Positions 1 to 13,924 are shown, counted from the first letter of the stretch. The stretch is 64,000 nt of DNA from Zootoca vivipara (GCF_963506605.1 NC_083284.1:35278001-35342000); one strand, 5' to 3'. Translations and numbers: made by a program. The notes: generated by a model not told the origin, from the sequence alone.

Positions 1-2084
1 CAAGGATGTCTTGTTATGCACTTCTGTTTATTTATTTGCTTATAAGCATTTATAGCCAGCCATTCGTTCATGCTGTCCAAACCCAGGACTGTGGTCTCCT
101 CCTTAACCATGCAGCCAAGAACAAGCCTTGGTTACAGGCAGTGATTAAGGATGAAAGAGCTTAACCACAATCCTGGGTTCAGACGACATGCTAAGCTGCT
201 GTGCTGCACTGAGCTAAAAGGACCAAGGGGGGCTACAGCACCTAGGCATTAGCACATTTGTTACATGAGAATACGAGCAAGAACAATATGTAAGGAGCAC
301 AGAGGTGCGGAATCACTGGCACCTGACAGATCAGTTACAAAGTCATCACCAAAAAGAGCAACAAATAACAACCTAGTTCCATAAGCTCACTGAAATAGGC
401 CACGGCAACATGAATGTCAGATTCATTACAAGAGCAGTTTAAGGACCAACAGAAAGAAGGGTGCACTGACAACCGCCATGCAGAAAACTGAAGCTAACAA
501 TAAGACATCTCAAAAGGCAGTGTATGTACAAGCAGGCTGATGTGAGTAACTAGAGGCATTTTATGCATGTGAAAAGATCACTAGGCATAAAAGCAGCATG
601 GTCATCTTGCAGATTAAGTTCATCTGGAGGCATATATATACTTATTCCTCTTCCTGCCAAAAAGTTATGGGAAGTTGAGTGTTCTTCTGTAGAGGTCTGA
701 ACCTTCTGTGAATTATACTAGAAAATCTTGATGACTGGGAAAGAATCTGGTTGTAGATCAAACATAGGAGTCACAGTGGGCGATAACTAATACAGCCTAC
801 GCACATAACATCTAGTACAGTATACATGAACTCAGATTGCATTGTCAATGATCAGATTTTCTGCAGGTTATTGACTCTGCATGCAGCTAACATTCAAACA
901 TTATAGCTTCAAAATGACATCCAAGAATGTCAGAGATGGGACTGGCATGCTGGGTGGGCAGGAGGATACACGACCTCTTGCTGCCCCCCCCCTTTTTAAA
1001 AAATGTCACTTTGTAACACAACGAAACAATTGCTCATGATACTAGATCTCAAGGTCATCCAAAGGAATTGTTTAGCAACATGTTAAGGATAGAGAAAAGG
1101 AAATACGTATTCACACAATGCCTAATTAATTGATGGAATTTACTGCAACAGGATATGATTAAGTTGGACGACTTTTAAAAAGTCTGGAATCATAGTAAAC
1201 CAACTGAAATTTTAATAACTATATATTTGAGGTTGTGTTTTTAGAACGGTAAAGAAAAGAATTTCTCTCCCAGTCCTGGGAATAAAATTAATGCACTTGT
1301 CAGTTGGAAATAAGAGAAAATATCTGTGTGTAAGTCCCCATTTCGTGTCCAAATATGCAGAACAAAGACACTAAATCAGCTACAAATATTTGAGATGCAG
1401 AACAAAAACACTATAAAAACAGAATCTCAAGGGGATTCTTGTTATTTCTCCTACTCTCTCACATACCTCTAATTTCAAACAAGGCAGCTGCATTTTCTGT
1501 AGTCTTTATAGTGGCAGCATCCTCATAGCCACATGGGGGTAGATTCATGGTTTTATTATATTTCTCTTCACCCATAGAGAATTCTATTTTCCTCCTGCCT
1601 CTCTTCTTCTCATACTCACCGACTCCTGACAGCATTCTCTATTCCAAATGTTTGATTTTCTCTTAGGCACACAAGATCTCTTCCACTGCACCCATTTTTC
1701 TTTCACAGTTACACGTTTATATTGAAGAAATCAAACATTTTACCATTTTCTCTCTCTCTCAAAAAGAGACACGCTTAATGACTTCTAAGCAGACATCTTT
1801 CTTGTAGTTATTTTAGGATTAAAAAAGAATCTAACATATGGTGTCACAGAAAACCCATCGGTATTTATCGCCAGCAACTTTGCCACTCACAAATCAGGCT
1901 GCCCAGAAATGTAAATACTCTGCCTGTGTGAACAAGGTTTCTCTTATACAAATCTCTTACAACAGCTTCACTTTTTCAGCTGTGTCCTATGTCTCAAGGT
2001 CATCCAGAGCCCCACTAACAGAGCAGTCATAACATGTGACACTACTTCAGATTTGTGGGCTTGGGCACCGGAAGAAACAGAGTA

Positions 2085-2325
2085 CAGTGGTACCTTGGGT
2101 TACAAACACCTCGAGCTACAAACACTTCGGGTTACAGACTTTGCTAACCTGAAGTAGTAGCTTGGGTTAAGAACTTTGCCCCAGGATGAGAACAGAAATT
2201 GCACGGTGGTGGTGTCTCAGCAGCAGGAGGCCTCATTAGCTAAAGTGGTACCTCAGGTTAAGAATGGTTTCAGGTTAAGAACGGACCTCCGGAACAAATT
2301 AAGTTCTTAACCAGTGGTACCACTG
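2085..2325. mobile_element. Tc1/mariner (Tigger-like) MITE
   Basis: TIRs cagtggtacc.../...ggtaccactg flanked by TA; same family as 46692-46904 in the opposite orientation. Confidence 0.85.
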
Positions 2326-2912
2326 TACCATGCACCTTCTACACCCCTGCCCCAGAGTATTCATATCCACCAGTGGTCCTGGTTTTATAAGTGTGTTCAG
2401 AAACCAGCAGTTCTCTCCCCGTGCTGTATCAGAAGCCTCTTGCACAATTGTACTGAATCCTCTGGCCTGTTACCTAATGCCCTTGCTTAGCAGTCCAGCT
2501 CTGAATTTTCTATGCAAAAAGATACAAACCAACTAGGACTGGTTTGGACAGAATTCTCACATTGTTCCCACTAGCTGGCCTGCTCCATCTCTTTTATTGT
2601 TAAACCTCATTTTACCGTTAGGCCCTAGATTTGCTTTATTGCACCCGTCCACCATATTGCTACCCTTCTGCTTCTTCAGATGAAACTGAAACTCACAATC
2701 CTGGAACCCTATGACTTCTCAGTGGTGTCTGTAAGCTCTCCTTCTCCCCTCCAACTGCCCATACTAGTAGGGGGAAGGGGGGAGCGAAAAACTCTGACCT
2801 TACAGTTCCAGGAGGGGTGTCTGTACAGATTTGCTGCTAAAATACCATGGGCCAAATCTCAATTGAAACAATATGGGACTTGGTTGTTTTTTGGGGACAT
2901 ACCCCCCTAAGC

Positions 2913-3142
2913 CAGGTATGTCCGAAGTCTGTTTTGGGGACCTAATGTAGCCCGCTGGTTGGTTTAATCCGGCCCCTGTGGCAGTTTATTTCCTGGGATA
3001 AAATCCTTTTTGTTAAAAAAAAACCCTCAACAACTTCAATCCTAAGAAAAGGTCAACAGCTTTGGTTGGCCCTTTCGTCAGCCCTCATGGCCCTTCACTT
3101 CATCAAATCTGACCCCCTTTGAAAAAAGTTTGGACACCACTG
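2913..3142. mobile_element. Non-autonomous hAT element, degraded
   Basis: Ends cagg.../...tttggacaccactg; TSD ccctaagc (2905-2912) / ccctaaac (3143-3150). Confidence 0.7.
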
Positions 3143-4302
3143 CCCTAAACCAAAGGGATCAGAGAAAATGGAGGCAGAGACTGTGCACAGCCATATGTCC
3201 AGCACGTGACAGGAAAAGGGAGATCTTCCACACCCTTTTGCACCCCAGGTGTAAAACAGCAGGAAATCTCCATCACCTTTACTGAAGAAGATGCACACCT
3301 ATGATCCAAAACTGATAATTACACAGAGGTATATAGTCACAGAAGTTGATGCCTATGGTGTGGTTGCAGTGCAATGCTAATAGTAAAGACTTTGTTAAGG
3401 GACCATTCATAACACAAGGAGTGCATAGACACAGCAGCATTGCTTGGTCACATGCATGAGTCAATATACACAGAGCTCTTTAAGAGCATTGATGGTCTTG
3501 TGTACACCAAGCAGGACTTGCTTTCAACGGTGCCTGATATCCAGCACCTCTGCTGAAAAAACACAGGCACAGGAACTGTCTAGTGTTCATTATAACACAA
3601 CTGGGATTAGCATAAAACACTGCACTTGAAGCATTAGAGCCTGTATTTTCTATGGATTATGTTCTTTACAGCACTGGTGGCAGAGGTTTGGCAATGCAAA
3701 TAATACTTATTGCAGGCTTTCAGCTGAGAAATGAGTCATGACCACTGCACTCCAGAGAAACAATATTCAGTAGGAGATTAGACAACTTCTACCACCTTTT
3801 GTGCGTGCAGGAATAATGCACTTTTTTTTAGTTTCTCTCACTAGACCACCAATTTAACACCCTGCCAACTGTCCAATTACTCCTATTCACGGTGAGTTAA
3901 ATGGGTTTCTCTCCAGCCATACACACCTTTCTTTTCTTTTAGTATAATTAATGAAGCTCATCAAAGCCGAGAAAACAAGCCAGAGCACTAGCTACTCACT
4001 GACATGTTAACATGAAGGTTGTGTGCTACTGATCTCTCTGCAGGGTGTTCATGTCGCTAACATGGCATACAAAACAGTGCCAAGTGCCATATGCGGCAGG
4101 AGGGGCACACATTAAGATATTCTGATAAGCTATCAACATAACCTGGAACTCCAGCATGTCCCATATAAGATTGCCCAGTATATGATCACTGCATTGTTTC
4201 TGGGGCTTTACTTCTGGCTGCATCCATTTTTTAAAAATCCCATTACCCTGACAATAGTCACAGTGGCATTGCAGTATGTCCCTTTAGGCATGCCCACTAA
4301 GG

Positions 4303-4304
<2 letters not shown>

Positions 4305-4374
<70 letters not shown>
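4305..4374. repeat. (TC)n microsatellite
   Basis: Perfect dinucleotide run. Confidence 0.99.
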
Positions 4375-4377
<3 letters not shown>

Positions 4378-4690
4378 CCACTTTAGTATCATAGATGTGT
4401 AGGGCACAACAAGGATCAGAGAATGAAGGTTTCAATAATGCACATGCTGTGGAGTATCGCACATTTCTTTGTGGACTGTGTGCCCTGCACAATACCACAG
4501 AAGCAGCACAGGCTGTGTTGTTGGTAGGAACAATTATGCAATTTTCAATCAGCCAAATGAAGAGCAACAGGTTTTTGATACATAAAGAGAGGCTCCCTTC
4601 GTTCCCCGCAAACAACTGCACAGCTAAGCAACTATTGATTCTAGATCAGGCATAGTGCTAAAGAATGAACTCTCTTGCATTGCTCTGTAG

Positions 4691-4801
4691 CAGCCCGTCT
4701 CCAATCCTCCAAATGTTTTGGACTACAACTCCTGGCTGTGCTGACTGGGGGGAGCTGCTGTCCCCCCAAAAATCTGGAGGGCACCAGTTTGGGGAAGCCT
4801 T
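4691..4801. mobile_element. Short palindromic hAT MITE (MER5-like), degraded
   Basis: cctccaaatgttttggactacaact...ctggagggcaccagtttgggga; flanks ctctgtag/ctctatag. Confidence 0.6.
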
Positions 4802-5486
4802 CTCTATAGGAATAATGGCCTCTACGTAGCTTTTAATCTGGCAGCTCTAAAATACATACAGCAACAAGTTTATTGTGAGAGTACAGGTTAGAAGAAATGT
4901 ACAGTAAAGCACAATAAAAGATATTAACCATGCAGTGATATGCCCCCATTTTGGAGACAGTTTCAAAAAGAAGAAAGGAGGGTATTTTTTCCTCTTTTCC
5001 TATTATTGTTTCTATAAAGGACAGAATAAAAGTAAGGTAAGAGATTCTAGCCATCCTTGATTCTCTTTGTTTCCTGATGTAGGGAGAAGAGGACAGAAAG
5101 TGCTTTGTGACTTTAGCTCTATGTTATCAGCAGATCTTTTCCCATCATTGTGAGGAACAATTATTCCTGACTGCATAGGGAGGTCAATCAACAAACATTT
5201 TTCAGGAAAACAGTAAGAGAAAGAAGGGGAAATACATTCCAGATGGAAGGCTACTGTTTTACCTTTCCCACCTAAGCCAATCTTTTCTCTTGTGTGCCTC
5301 TAAATTGGCCCACAGGGACTAGAAAGATCTTTCAATATGGAAACATTAGGGTTCTATTTCTGCTCAGGTCATTTGAAGGTGAGCTAAATGAGATATTGGG
5401 GCAGAGGGTTATGAGGTACAAGTATGGTTTCTTTCTTGAGCTTGTATCAACATTTTACCTTGAAATCAAGGGTTGTTTTTTAAATA

Positions 5487-5823
5487 CAGTGGAACCTCGG
5501 TTTATGAACACCTCGGTTTATGAATTTTCGATTTATGAACGCCGCGGACCCATCTGGAACGGATTAATTCACTTTCCATTACTTTTAATGGGAAAGTTCG
5601 CTTCAGTTTATGAACGCTTCAGTTTATGAACAGACTTCCGGAACCAATTACACCCATGTTTCAGTTTATGAACGCTTCAGTTTAAGTACTTCACGGACCC
5701 GTCTGGAACGGATTAATCCACTTTCCATTACTTTCAATGGGAAAGTTCGCTTCAGTTTATGAACGCTTCAGTTTATGAACAGACTTCCGGAACCAATTGT
5801 GTTCATAAACCGAGGTACCACTG
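5487..5823. mobile_element. Tc1/mariner (Tigger-like) MITE with internal ~105-bp direct duplication
   Basis: TIR cagtggaacctcggtttatgaacac/gtgttcataaaccgaggtaccactg with TA TSD; block cggaccc..ccggaaccaatt occurs at ~5545-5649 and ~5694-5798. Confidence 0.9.
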
Positions 5824-6284
5824 TATTATCTTTTAACTTGTCAGGAACACTAAGATTGCCCTGTTTGGCCATGCTCAGAAAAAGAACAAAGTTTTAAGTC
5901 AGGGTGGGGAATCTCAGTCCCAGGGACCTAATGTGCCCCCCCAGCTCTTTATCTGCCCCTCAAGACTCTCTTTCCTCCCTTGGCCACGCCCTTCACCAGG
6001 CCTGCTCTGAGCACTCCCCAAGTGCTTTTGCCTGGCTGGAATGTGGCCTTGATCTGTGTTCGTGCTTCTTGCTTGCTTGGATGGAGGATGGAGAGAGGAG
6101 TGTGGTGGGTACACACACTTCTGTGTGGTTGGAATGTGGCCTAGTGTACAAAGGTAGATGTCACATCCATTGCTCCGCCCACGTTCTTCTCTAGCCCCGC
6201 CCACTGCCAGCATACAGCCCCGTAACATTGCTATCAGGCTGGAAAAAAAAAAAAGTTCTCTACCCATACATAGTTTGAATTAAT

Positions 6285-6620
6285 GTGTTGGAAGATTTGG
6301 GGCAGACAAAAGAAAATGCTCCAAATCTTCAACACAAACTATGGAATTTTCTTCCACAATATGCATTAATGGCCACCAACTTGGATGACTTTAAAAGAGG
6401 ATTTGGCAAAAAGCACGGGGGGTAAGGCTATCAGCTATGGCTATGCTCTATGTCCATCTGAATGCCAGCTGCTGAGAATCACAAGCGAGAAGAGTGGTGT
6501 TGCCCTTAGGTGCTGTTTGTGGGCTTGCCCATAGGCATAGGGCTGGACACTTTGAGAACTGAATGCTGATGTTGGTGGGCCATTGGCCAGTGATCATACT
6601 GCACCCCTCTTATGTTCCTA
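6285..6620 (+). mobile_element. Degraded CR1 LINE 3' fragment
   Basis: agatttggggcagacaaaagaaa...atggaatt...ggatgactttaaaagaggattt resembles the CR1 ORF2 end; tail cttatgttccta. A similar remnant lies at ~1075-1190. Confidence 0.6.
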
Positions 6621-7588
6621 TTTCACAGATGAGACTACAGTATTCTACAATGAAGCAAATAGCTACAATGTGGGGGAAGGTGCTTCTTCACTTTCACAGC
6701 TGTGGTCTTTAAGGTGATGGACTGCACTATGAACAATGACGTGGAAGAGGACTTGTACATGGATGAGGACAGGAGCACCAATAGCCTCACAATCCACCTT
6801 GTACAGACAGCAACTAGTGGCTCTTGTTTTGGAATCTGCCATGAGCAGAGGATAGTGGTTGTCCTTTATTGGCAAATAAGGTGGACAGGTAAAGAAGATG
6901 ACAAGAGCTCCTGCTTTTAATAATTGTGGAGAGAGGAAATTTCAGCAGGTATGGCTTGCAGCTCAAGCCAAATATTAATCCAAATATTAAAGGTGCAGGA
7001 GCCCTTTGCCCTTTTTCATTTGGCCATCCTATCGGCACCTAAACACATGCCATTGCACATCATTGGCATTGCCACATGGACAAATGAATTGCCAGCATTT
7101 GCCTCACAGCTTGCTCAGGAAAATTACTTACTGTTCTGATATTGTAAAAGTTGTTTGTGCTAGAATTAACAAGAGGCCATCCGTTAGTAAGTCCATAGCA
7201 ACTTTCCACTCCTGAGAGATTGCTCATATCCTTAGAACCCTATTTCCCTCCAAAGCAAAGGCAAACAAGTCAAACATGACTCACTGCACAACTACAAGTA
7301 AATGCCACACTGATTGACCAACTAATGATCAGTGTGGCAAGATATAGCAGCCATTTTGTTCTATACCACAGCCCATGACGCCCATTTTGTCTTATACCGT
7401 TTCACCTCAGCAGCCATTTTGTGTCACGCTATACATCCACGGCAGCCATGTTTGTGGCTGGTGCCCATAGCACACTCTCAAATTCCAAAAGTACCTACTG
7501 ACCTTTGACTTAAGCACACATACTCCCTCTTGGATTTTGCAACAAAGTAATGAATTAAGTCAGTAAAAGAGCATCTGCCCACACTTAC

Positions 7589-9103
7589 CTGACCAAGGGA
7601 GGGAAGTGTTCCATAAGCCATCGTCTGGTTCATCATTCCTTTCTGCTTCATGATAAGCATGCGTTTCTGCTCCTCACTCAAGTGTGTCATTTGAGCCTGC
7701 ATCTGCGGTTGTTGGGGCTGCTGCTGCTGCTGCTGCATGTATGGCATCATGGGATTCTTGCTGGGATTGGCCATCGGTGGAGTCATTCTTTGACTCAAGT
7801 CAGCATTGAAATGAGTCAGAGGTTTAGTGTTGCCATAAGAAAGCATATTGGTTTGTTTGCTCAAGGAGTTTGTACCCAGATTATTTGGCTGCTGACTGAT
7901 CATATTCATGTGGTTTTGAGGGAGGTAGTTATTCATCGTAGTCTTTTGTGGGTTGCTTGCCGTAGGAGGCACTACAGGATTTTGGTTGTTAAAGGCTTGG
8001 GGATACATCATTGGGCTATTTGGTTTGTCTGTACTGTAGGGTCCTCCATAAGGACTAGATGGAGGCCCCACTGGGGACCAGCTAGATGCTTGATTTGGAT
8101 GCTGCTGCTGCTGCTGCTTTTGCTGCATGAGCTTAGCTCGTTGCTGCTGCTGTGCTGCCATCTGTTTAAGCTGTTCGGCTGGAGATAAGTCAGTGCTGGG
8201 CACAGCCACTTGCCCAGGCCCCGGGGCAGCTGTTGTCACTGTTGTTGGATTAATGAGATAACCATTACCCGGTCTTGACTGAGTTTGGCTTGGGGTATGT
8301 GCTTGGTTAGGCGTCTGGGGTGACTGAACCACACAATTTGCTGGTGAGCTGTCAGAGAGTGGAGCTGGGGGCGCACTAGAGACAGAAGGTATGCTAGATG
8401 CTGTAGGGACATTTGAAAATGGAGGACCTGAAGAAGAAGGCCTTACCTGGGGAGACCCAAGAGGAACATGGGCAAATGGAGAGTGAGATGGGTCACTTTT
8501 AACACTTGCACTCTCTTGAATCTCAGTGGCTGGTCTGGGAAATTCAGGCTCCTTTTTCTCTTCAAAGTCTTCATTGAACAAATCTTGTATGTCATCCTCT
8601 GGAACAGTGTTAGCCAGCTCATCTATTAACTCCTGCCACTCTTGATCATTCAGGTTAATGTCTGAAAAAAGTTTATTCTGATTTGAAAGTGATGTGTCAG
8701 AATTGTCCATGCAGCTAGGATCATCCAAGGGTTCTTGTTTTAGCTCCTTGCTGTTGTTGCTGTTGTTGTGCAGGATGTTAAAACTATCCTCAAGCTCTGT
8801 GCATCCATTGATTGGGAGTTTTATCTCTGGAAGTCCACCGTTTTTACCCAGGTCATCCAGACCACCAGCATGAGTTCCACTGTTCTGCAGGGGCAGTGAT
8901 GGTTTTATGTCAAGCTGGTGAAGAGGGGAAATAGAAGGCAAAGGCAAATTATTGGGCAAGCTATTGATTCCCTCAATCCCAGGTACATCCTTCCGTATCC
9001 GCTTGCTGGTTGGGGAGAAGCTACTGTCACAGACGCCATTCTGCTGTTCGCCATTGAGGGGTGAGCGTGCTCCTTCCAACTTTCTCTTCACCGTCTCTTG
9101 AAG
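7589..9103 (-). CDS. MAML3: Mastermind-like protein 3, large internal coding exon (exon 2), 505 codons
   Basis: Translation LQETVKRKLEGARSPLNGEQQNG...KLFSDINLNDQEWQELIDELANTVPEDDIQDLFNEDFEEKKEPEF...AEQLKQMAAQQQQRAKLM...HLSEEQKRMLIMKQKG...LPSLGQ matches vertebrate MAML3 exon 2 as recalled. Acceptor on minus strand is ttttgttctgtttcttcaag|CTT (AG at 9105-9104). Donor is CAG|gtaagt (7588-7583). Length 1515 nt, phase 0-0. The ORF-track start (9127) and tail (7478-7588) are intronic read-through. Confidence 0.96.
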
Positions 9104-12100
9104 CTTGAAGAAACAGAACAAAATCATTCATTAGTCTCTTGCACACACTTCTGCCCTTCATAAACAAAAAACACAAAAAAACACTTTACGCAATAAACTA
9201 TACTCACAGCAAATTTATTATAATTCATAACCTGTATATTTTCTCTCTGTGCCTCATTGGCACACAACGCTCCCCCATCAAGTGCTGAGTATATGGGGTA
9301 TACAATGATAAAGAGCCATGTGGGAGAAAGACAGGAGCCAGGAGGGCAAAAAGGGTATAGCAGTTGGGGGTACGGGACACACAAAGTGTGTTTCCACACC
9401 CTCCTTGAGTGATTTTGCTTGACTGGAATTGTGTCCCTGAACTGCAATAGTGTTTCCTACTGTTATTGATGGAGAAAGGTGTGTATAGAAACCTCTGAAT
9501 TCTGCATGGCTTGAATGCAGCCTATTACATAAAGGCAAGAGTCACATTTGTTTCTCCACCCAATTTTTACATCTGGCCATGACCATCACTGGTAGGTGGC
9601 TGAGGAACGTTTTCCATGAGAGAATATTGGCCCCTTCAGCTGCAAAGGTTCCCCATCCTGGGCTCTATCATCAGTGATGCTAACATAAATTCTCAGTTTT
9701 GATAACTGACATGTATATGGACTGCTACTGCCTTCCAGTGGATTCTTATGTTTATAATCTAGCGGTTGTTATAATCTAGCGGTTGAACATTGGAGCGCTG
9801 CTGGTACAACAGACTTCCATGCATGCAATGGACCTCTCCTGTCCCTTTCAGCCCCCTGCGTACCCTCAAGGCCTCCAAAGAAGGGGTTTTTTTAATTCAA
9901 AGTTTTTGATATTTCTACTATAAAATAATTCCTCTCCCCATTTTCCAGTTACAGAGTTGGTGTTGCAATCTCCATTGGCCATGATTCCCTGTCCCTGCCC
10001 TCACCTGGGACACTGACATGTGTTGCGTTCTGCCTATTCTGGTAACATTTTTATAAAACAGAAGGAAAGGGGGGAAGGGGATTTTTTAAATAATTAAAAA
10101 AACCAAACACAATGTAGATGGGATCTGCTTTCTGCACAAAGTTCTAAGAAATTCTGCCATATGTTCTGAAACACTCTTCTTGTGTAAAGCATTTGTCATG
10201 AGCTAGGCTTGCCATACCTCAGGAAAATCCCTGAAACATTCTAGTTTTCGGATGTAAAGATGGCATTGGGGGGATTTTTGCCGAAGGTGGCTAACATAAT
10301 ATTTAAATAATAAAAATTAGTAATATACCATGAATTTGGCTCAGCTTTCCTTTACCCACCTAGTTTTCTACAGCAACACATACCAGTCTTTATATACTTG
10401 GTGGCAAAGCAAAGGCAGGCCTCTTCTCAATCACCCTCTTGGAAGTGGCACCCAATAAATGTCCTGTATTTGCAGAACCCAATTGGTTCTGCAAATCCTG
10501 CTTCTCAGCTTGCAGCCATTTTGAAATAAGGACCTACATTTTCCCCTCGTTCCCTTGCCTGGGGTAGATAAGGAAGTTTATTGCCACTGTTGCCTTAATT
10601 GTGAGATACCACTATCTCAACTCCCTGGTTTTCCTGCACTGTTTAGTGTCATTCTGCTGAGAGTTACATTCACAAGACAAGACTCAGGCACCAATTCAAT
10701 CCCATTTAAGCCCTTTTAGTACCACTAAAGTGATGGCACACTGGGATGAAAAACAACTCTTCTAATGTGGAAGGAAGATGCTTCAAAAAGACTGTCACAT
10801 CAGTCTGTCTTTTTAACTCTCTTTAAACCCATTGGACAACGTTTTAAGACAAAGCTGGAGAAATGACTTGCAGCTGCAGTCTCTTCCAAATAAGTTTCAT
10901 GCCTCAGATACTGCTGGCTACTTGTTCTACAAAGCATGTTCATACACTCCACTAATAAAATTCTTCTGTTTCTCTGTGAGAAAAAGTGGATTCTATCTGA
11001 TCTGCTTCCTTTTTCTCCTGCTCTTTTGTAGTGCTGAGCTTGGCTACTGCCCTTCCCTTTCCTGTTTCTATATTTTTGAGCCCGTTGCTTTTCCTTACTA
11101 GGGAGTATTATAATCCTTTAGCAATGAGATATGTTAAAGGTAATATAGTCAAGTTTGGTGCTTTTCTACGCATTACCAAGAATGAGGTGGTAGAGTGATA
11201 TGGCAGAATGATGGACGGCAGCACTTCAGACTGCAGGTAAAATACTTTTTTAAAAAATGTGCTTAAACAAACACTTGCCTCTAGTAAAATAAAATAAAAA
11301 GTTTAACCTACCCAGCTCCCTGCTGTACTGATTTGATAACTCTTTTTCTTTCCATGGGGGAACATTCAGAAATATGATTCTCCCACTTGCAGTCTGAAGT
11401 GGAACAGCCCCAAATTGTGTTTGCTACCTCAAACTACTCTTGGATCTGGCAATGTCCAATTGCCTTTTATATTTAGTTTTACAATTTATGTAATAGGTTG
11501 CTATGCAAAATCAATAAACAAAATTAAGCAAACATTCCTTAGCCTGAGGTATTTGGCCCTGTATCCCTACACTGCTTCCACAGGCAAATAACTGTCATTC
11601 TCTCCTTCCCTGGTGCAGTGTTTTTCTCAAATCAGCAACTTCTTCCTGTGGACAAAGTATGCATTCCTAACACCAGAAACCCTTCATAATACATACATAC
11701 TTTACATCAGTTAGGATATGTACAAATAGTGGAGCATCGTCAAAGGTAATTCAGCAAGCAATCGAGACAACTGCTTGCTGCACTGAATAGCCAGCCTCCT
11801 TACAGGTAAAGAGGTGCAGCCGACAACCCCAGTTCAAATCTAGCCTGGGACAGTTGCATAGCACTGAAATGCAGGTGGAATGAGGTCGGCGGAGTTGCTG
11901 CTTTCTTCCCAAGGGAGTGACACATCCTTCGGAAATAGGTTACATTTATTGTTTCTTCCCCTGTCAAATGGATGGTGCATAATGAAGTCTGGTGCTCTTG
12001 TGTGCTTCCCCTACTCCTCTGTAGACCCTCGACTCAGTAACCTTGCAGGTCGCCTGCCACTTAAAACCTAAACATCGGCTGAGCACTTGAGCATTGAAAA

Positions 12101-12537
12101 TGAATTGGGGGATATGATCACTTCTCGTCTGAACAAGTGGGTGTGATGTCAAGGATTAAACTGTGGTCAATTACATTATCACACTTTAAGGAAATAAGAT
12201 GATCAGGTTGCTGATCTCAAAGGTCTCCAATAAATTCCCCAAAACTCCCACTACAGCTTCACTGCATGTCCCTTTACCACATGCCCAGAGGCCAAATGTG
12301 ACCCATCAGGTCTTCCTAACTGGTCCTTCTTCAAGCTGATCCTGCTCCATGCCCTCCTTGGGTGCTTTTGCCTGGCCTTGCTCTCCGATAATGCTGCTTG
12401 CTTTCCTCAGTAGAGGTAGGGGTGTGTATATGGCTTTGGCATGGCTGGAATATAACCTACTATATAAAGATAAGAGTGCATCTCTTCTTTTGTACAAGTG
12501 CCTTTGGTCTCTAGTCTGCAGCCCCTGCCCCCTAAAG

Positions 12538-12812
12538 CAGGGGTCGGCAAGGTTTACCTCGCCTGGGCTGGTTCACTCCAGCGGAGATCCCTCCATGGGC
12601 CGGATCATGCGCGCACACACGCGATTTTCAGCATCCACGCAGAAACAATTTCTGGCGCCACAGAAGCGAGTCCCCGTGTCACGCTGCACCAGTTTAGCAC
12701 AGCGCGCAGGGACTCGCCGAGTGGGCGGCTCAGTTCGGGGGTGGCTCGTGGTCCGGTTAAATGACCCCTGTGGGCCGATTGTGGCCTATGGGCCATAGGT
12801 TGCTGACCCCTC
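12538..12812. mobile_element. Non-autonomous hAT element
   Basis: TIR caggggtcggcaa/ttgctgacccct; perfect TSD ccctaaag (12530-12537, 12813-12820); related to 43230-43563. Confidence 0.88.
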
Positions 12813-13750
12813 CCCTAAAGGCTATCCATCACATAATCTGGCCAATGGGCTGGAAAAGGTTCCCCAGCCTTTCTTTACATTGCAGACACTCCTCAACCGA
12901 AACCAGCTACTACTCCAAATGCAGCTTCACACTACAGAATCTGTAGTTGTTGAGCTTTTTTTAGGGGGAGGGCCTTCTCTTCTTCACCCATTTACCCCAC
13001 TGCTGCAAGGAAATATCAGCTGCTGCCTTACGCAACCAACCTCCGCCTCCACCGTACCGCCCCAATTGCTGGGCCACCCACCACATCTGTCATGCAGCCC
13101 CAAGCAGCATGCCAGGGAATGGCACCACAACACTAAAAAGGTGCCAGAACACACCAAAGAGCTGCTGGAACTCAGTTCCGGTGAGTTCTGGCTGAAAAAA
13201 GCCCTACCACACTCCCACAAACCTGTTGAAAATAAATGTGTGTGAGGTGGGTAGGTGTGTTTTCCCCTCCCTGAAATGAACCAGTGGCTCCATTTGTGTG
13301 TCATGGTAAACCACAGCTAATGGCTTTCACTTTGCTCCTTCCTTAGTGCAAGCAGGAACAACACACAATCCCTAGCTTTGTGCTACATCTAAACCAGGGC
13401 TCTGAAGCCAAGGTTTCTTCTTTGCCTCCCAACTGTGATTTCTTTGGAGTGAAACAAAGCACACCCCTCAGTCTGGACATAACACTAAGCCAATGTTGTG
13501 ATTTGTTGCTCTCATTCATGCTAGGGGAGGAGCGAAACAGGTACAATCTCTGCGTTCACAGTAAACTATTCAAACTATGGATTACCATGACATATAAACA
13601 GCCAAATTCTTGCTTGTGCATGTCATCCAATGCTGCACAAATCAAGTTACTTAAAACTGGTACAAAGACTTTAGCTTTGTTCACAGGCAACAGATAACGT
13701 TGCAGGAATTGGAAAATCTCATGGGAATGGGGGTGCCTTAATTTAATGAA

Positions 13751-13924
13751 TTAAAGATTGAGGGCACAAGGAGAAGTGGACAACAGAGGACGAGATGGTT
13801 GGACAGTGTTCTCGAAACTACCAACATGAGTCTGACCAAACTGCGGGAGGCAGTGGAAGACAGGAGTGCCTGGCGTGCTCTGGTCCATGGGGTCATGAAG
13901 AGTCGGACACGACTAAACAACAAC
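13751..13924 (+). mobile_element. 5'-truncated BovB (RTE) LINE
   Basis: BovB 3' end (aagattgagggcacaaggagaag...gagatggttggacag...catggggtcatgaagagtcggacacgact) with (caa)n tail; 11-bp TSD aatttaatgaa at 13740-13750 and 13925-13935. Confidence 0.92.

Larger units (their letters stand above)
1..7588 (-). other. MAML3: MAML3 intron 2 (5' part)
   Basis: Begins GTAAGT on the minus strand; no exon 3 sequence recognised. Confidence 0.8.

Noticed and set aside
4182-4621. ORFs with (SL)n/(ER)n runs, also at 41053 and 45567-46085
   Set aside because: Translations of dinucleotide microsatellites.
7682-8188. 168-aa plus-strand ORF
   Set aside because: Antisense shadow of the MAML3 exon.
9753-9786. 17-bp tandem duplication ttataatctagcggttg x2
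   Set aside because: Simple local slippage duplication with no further structure.
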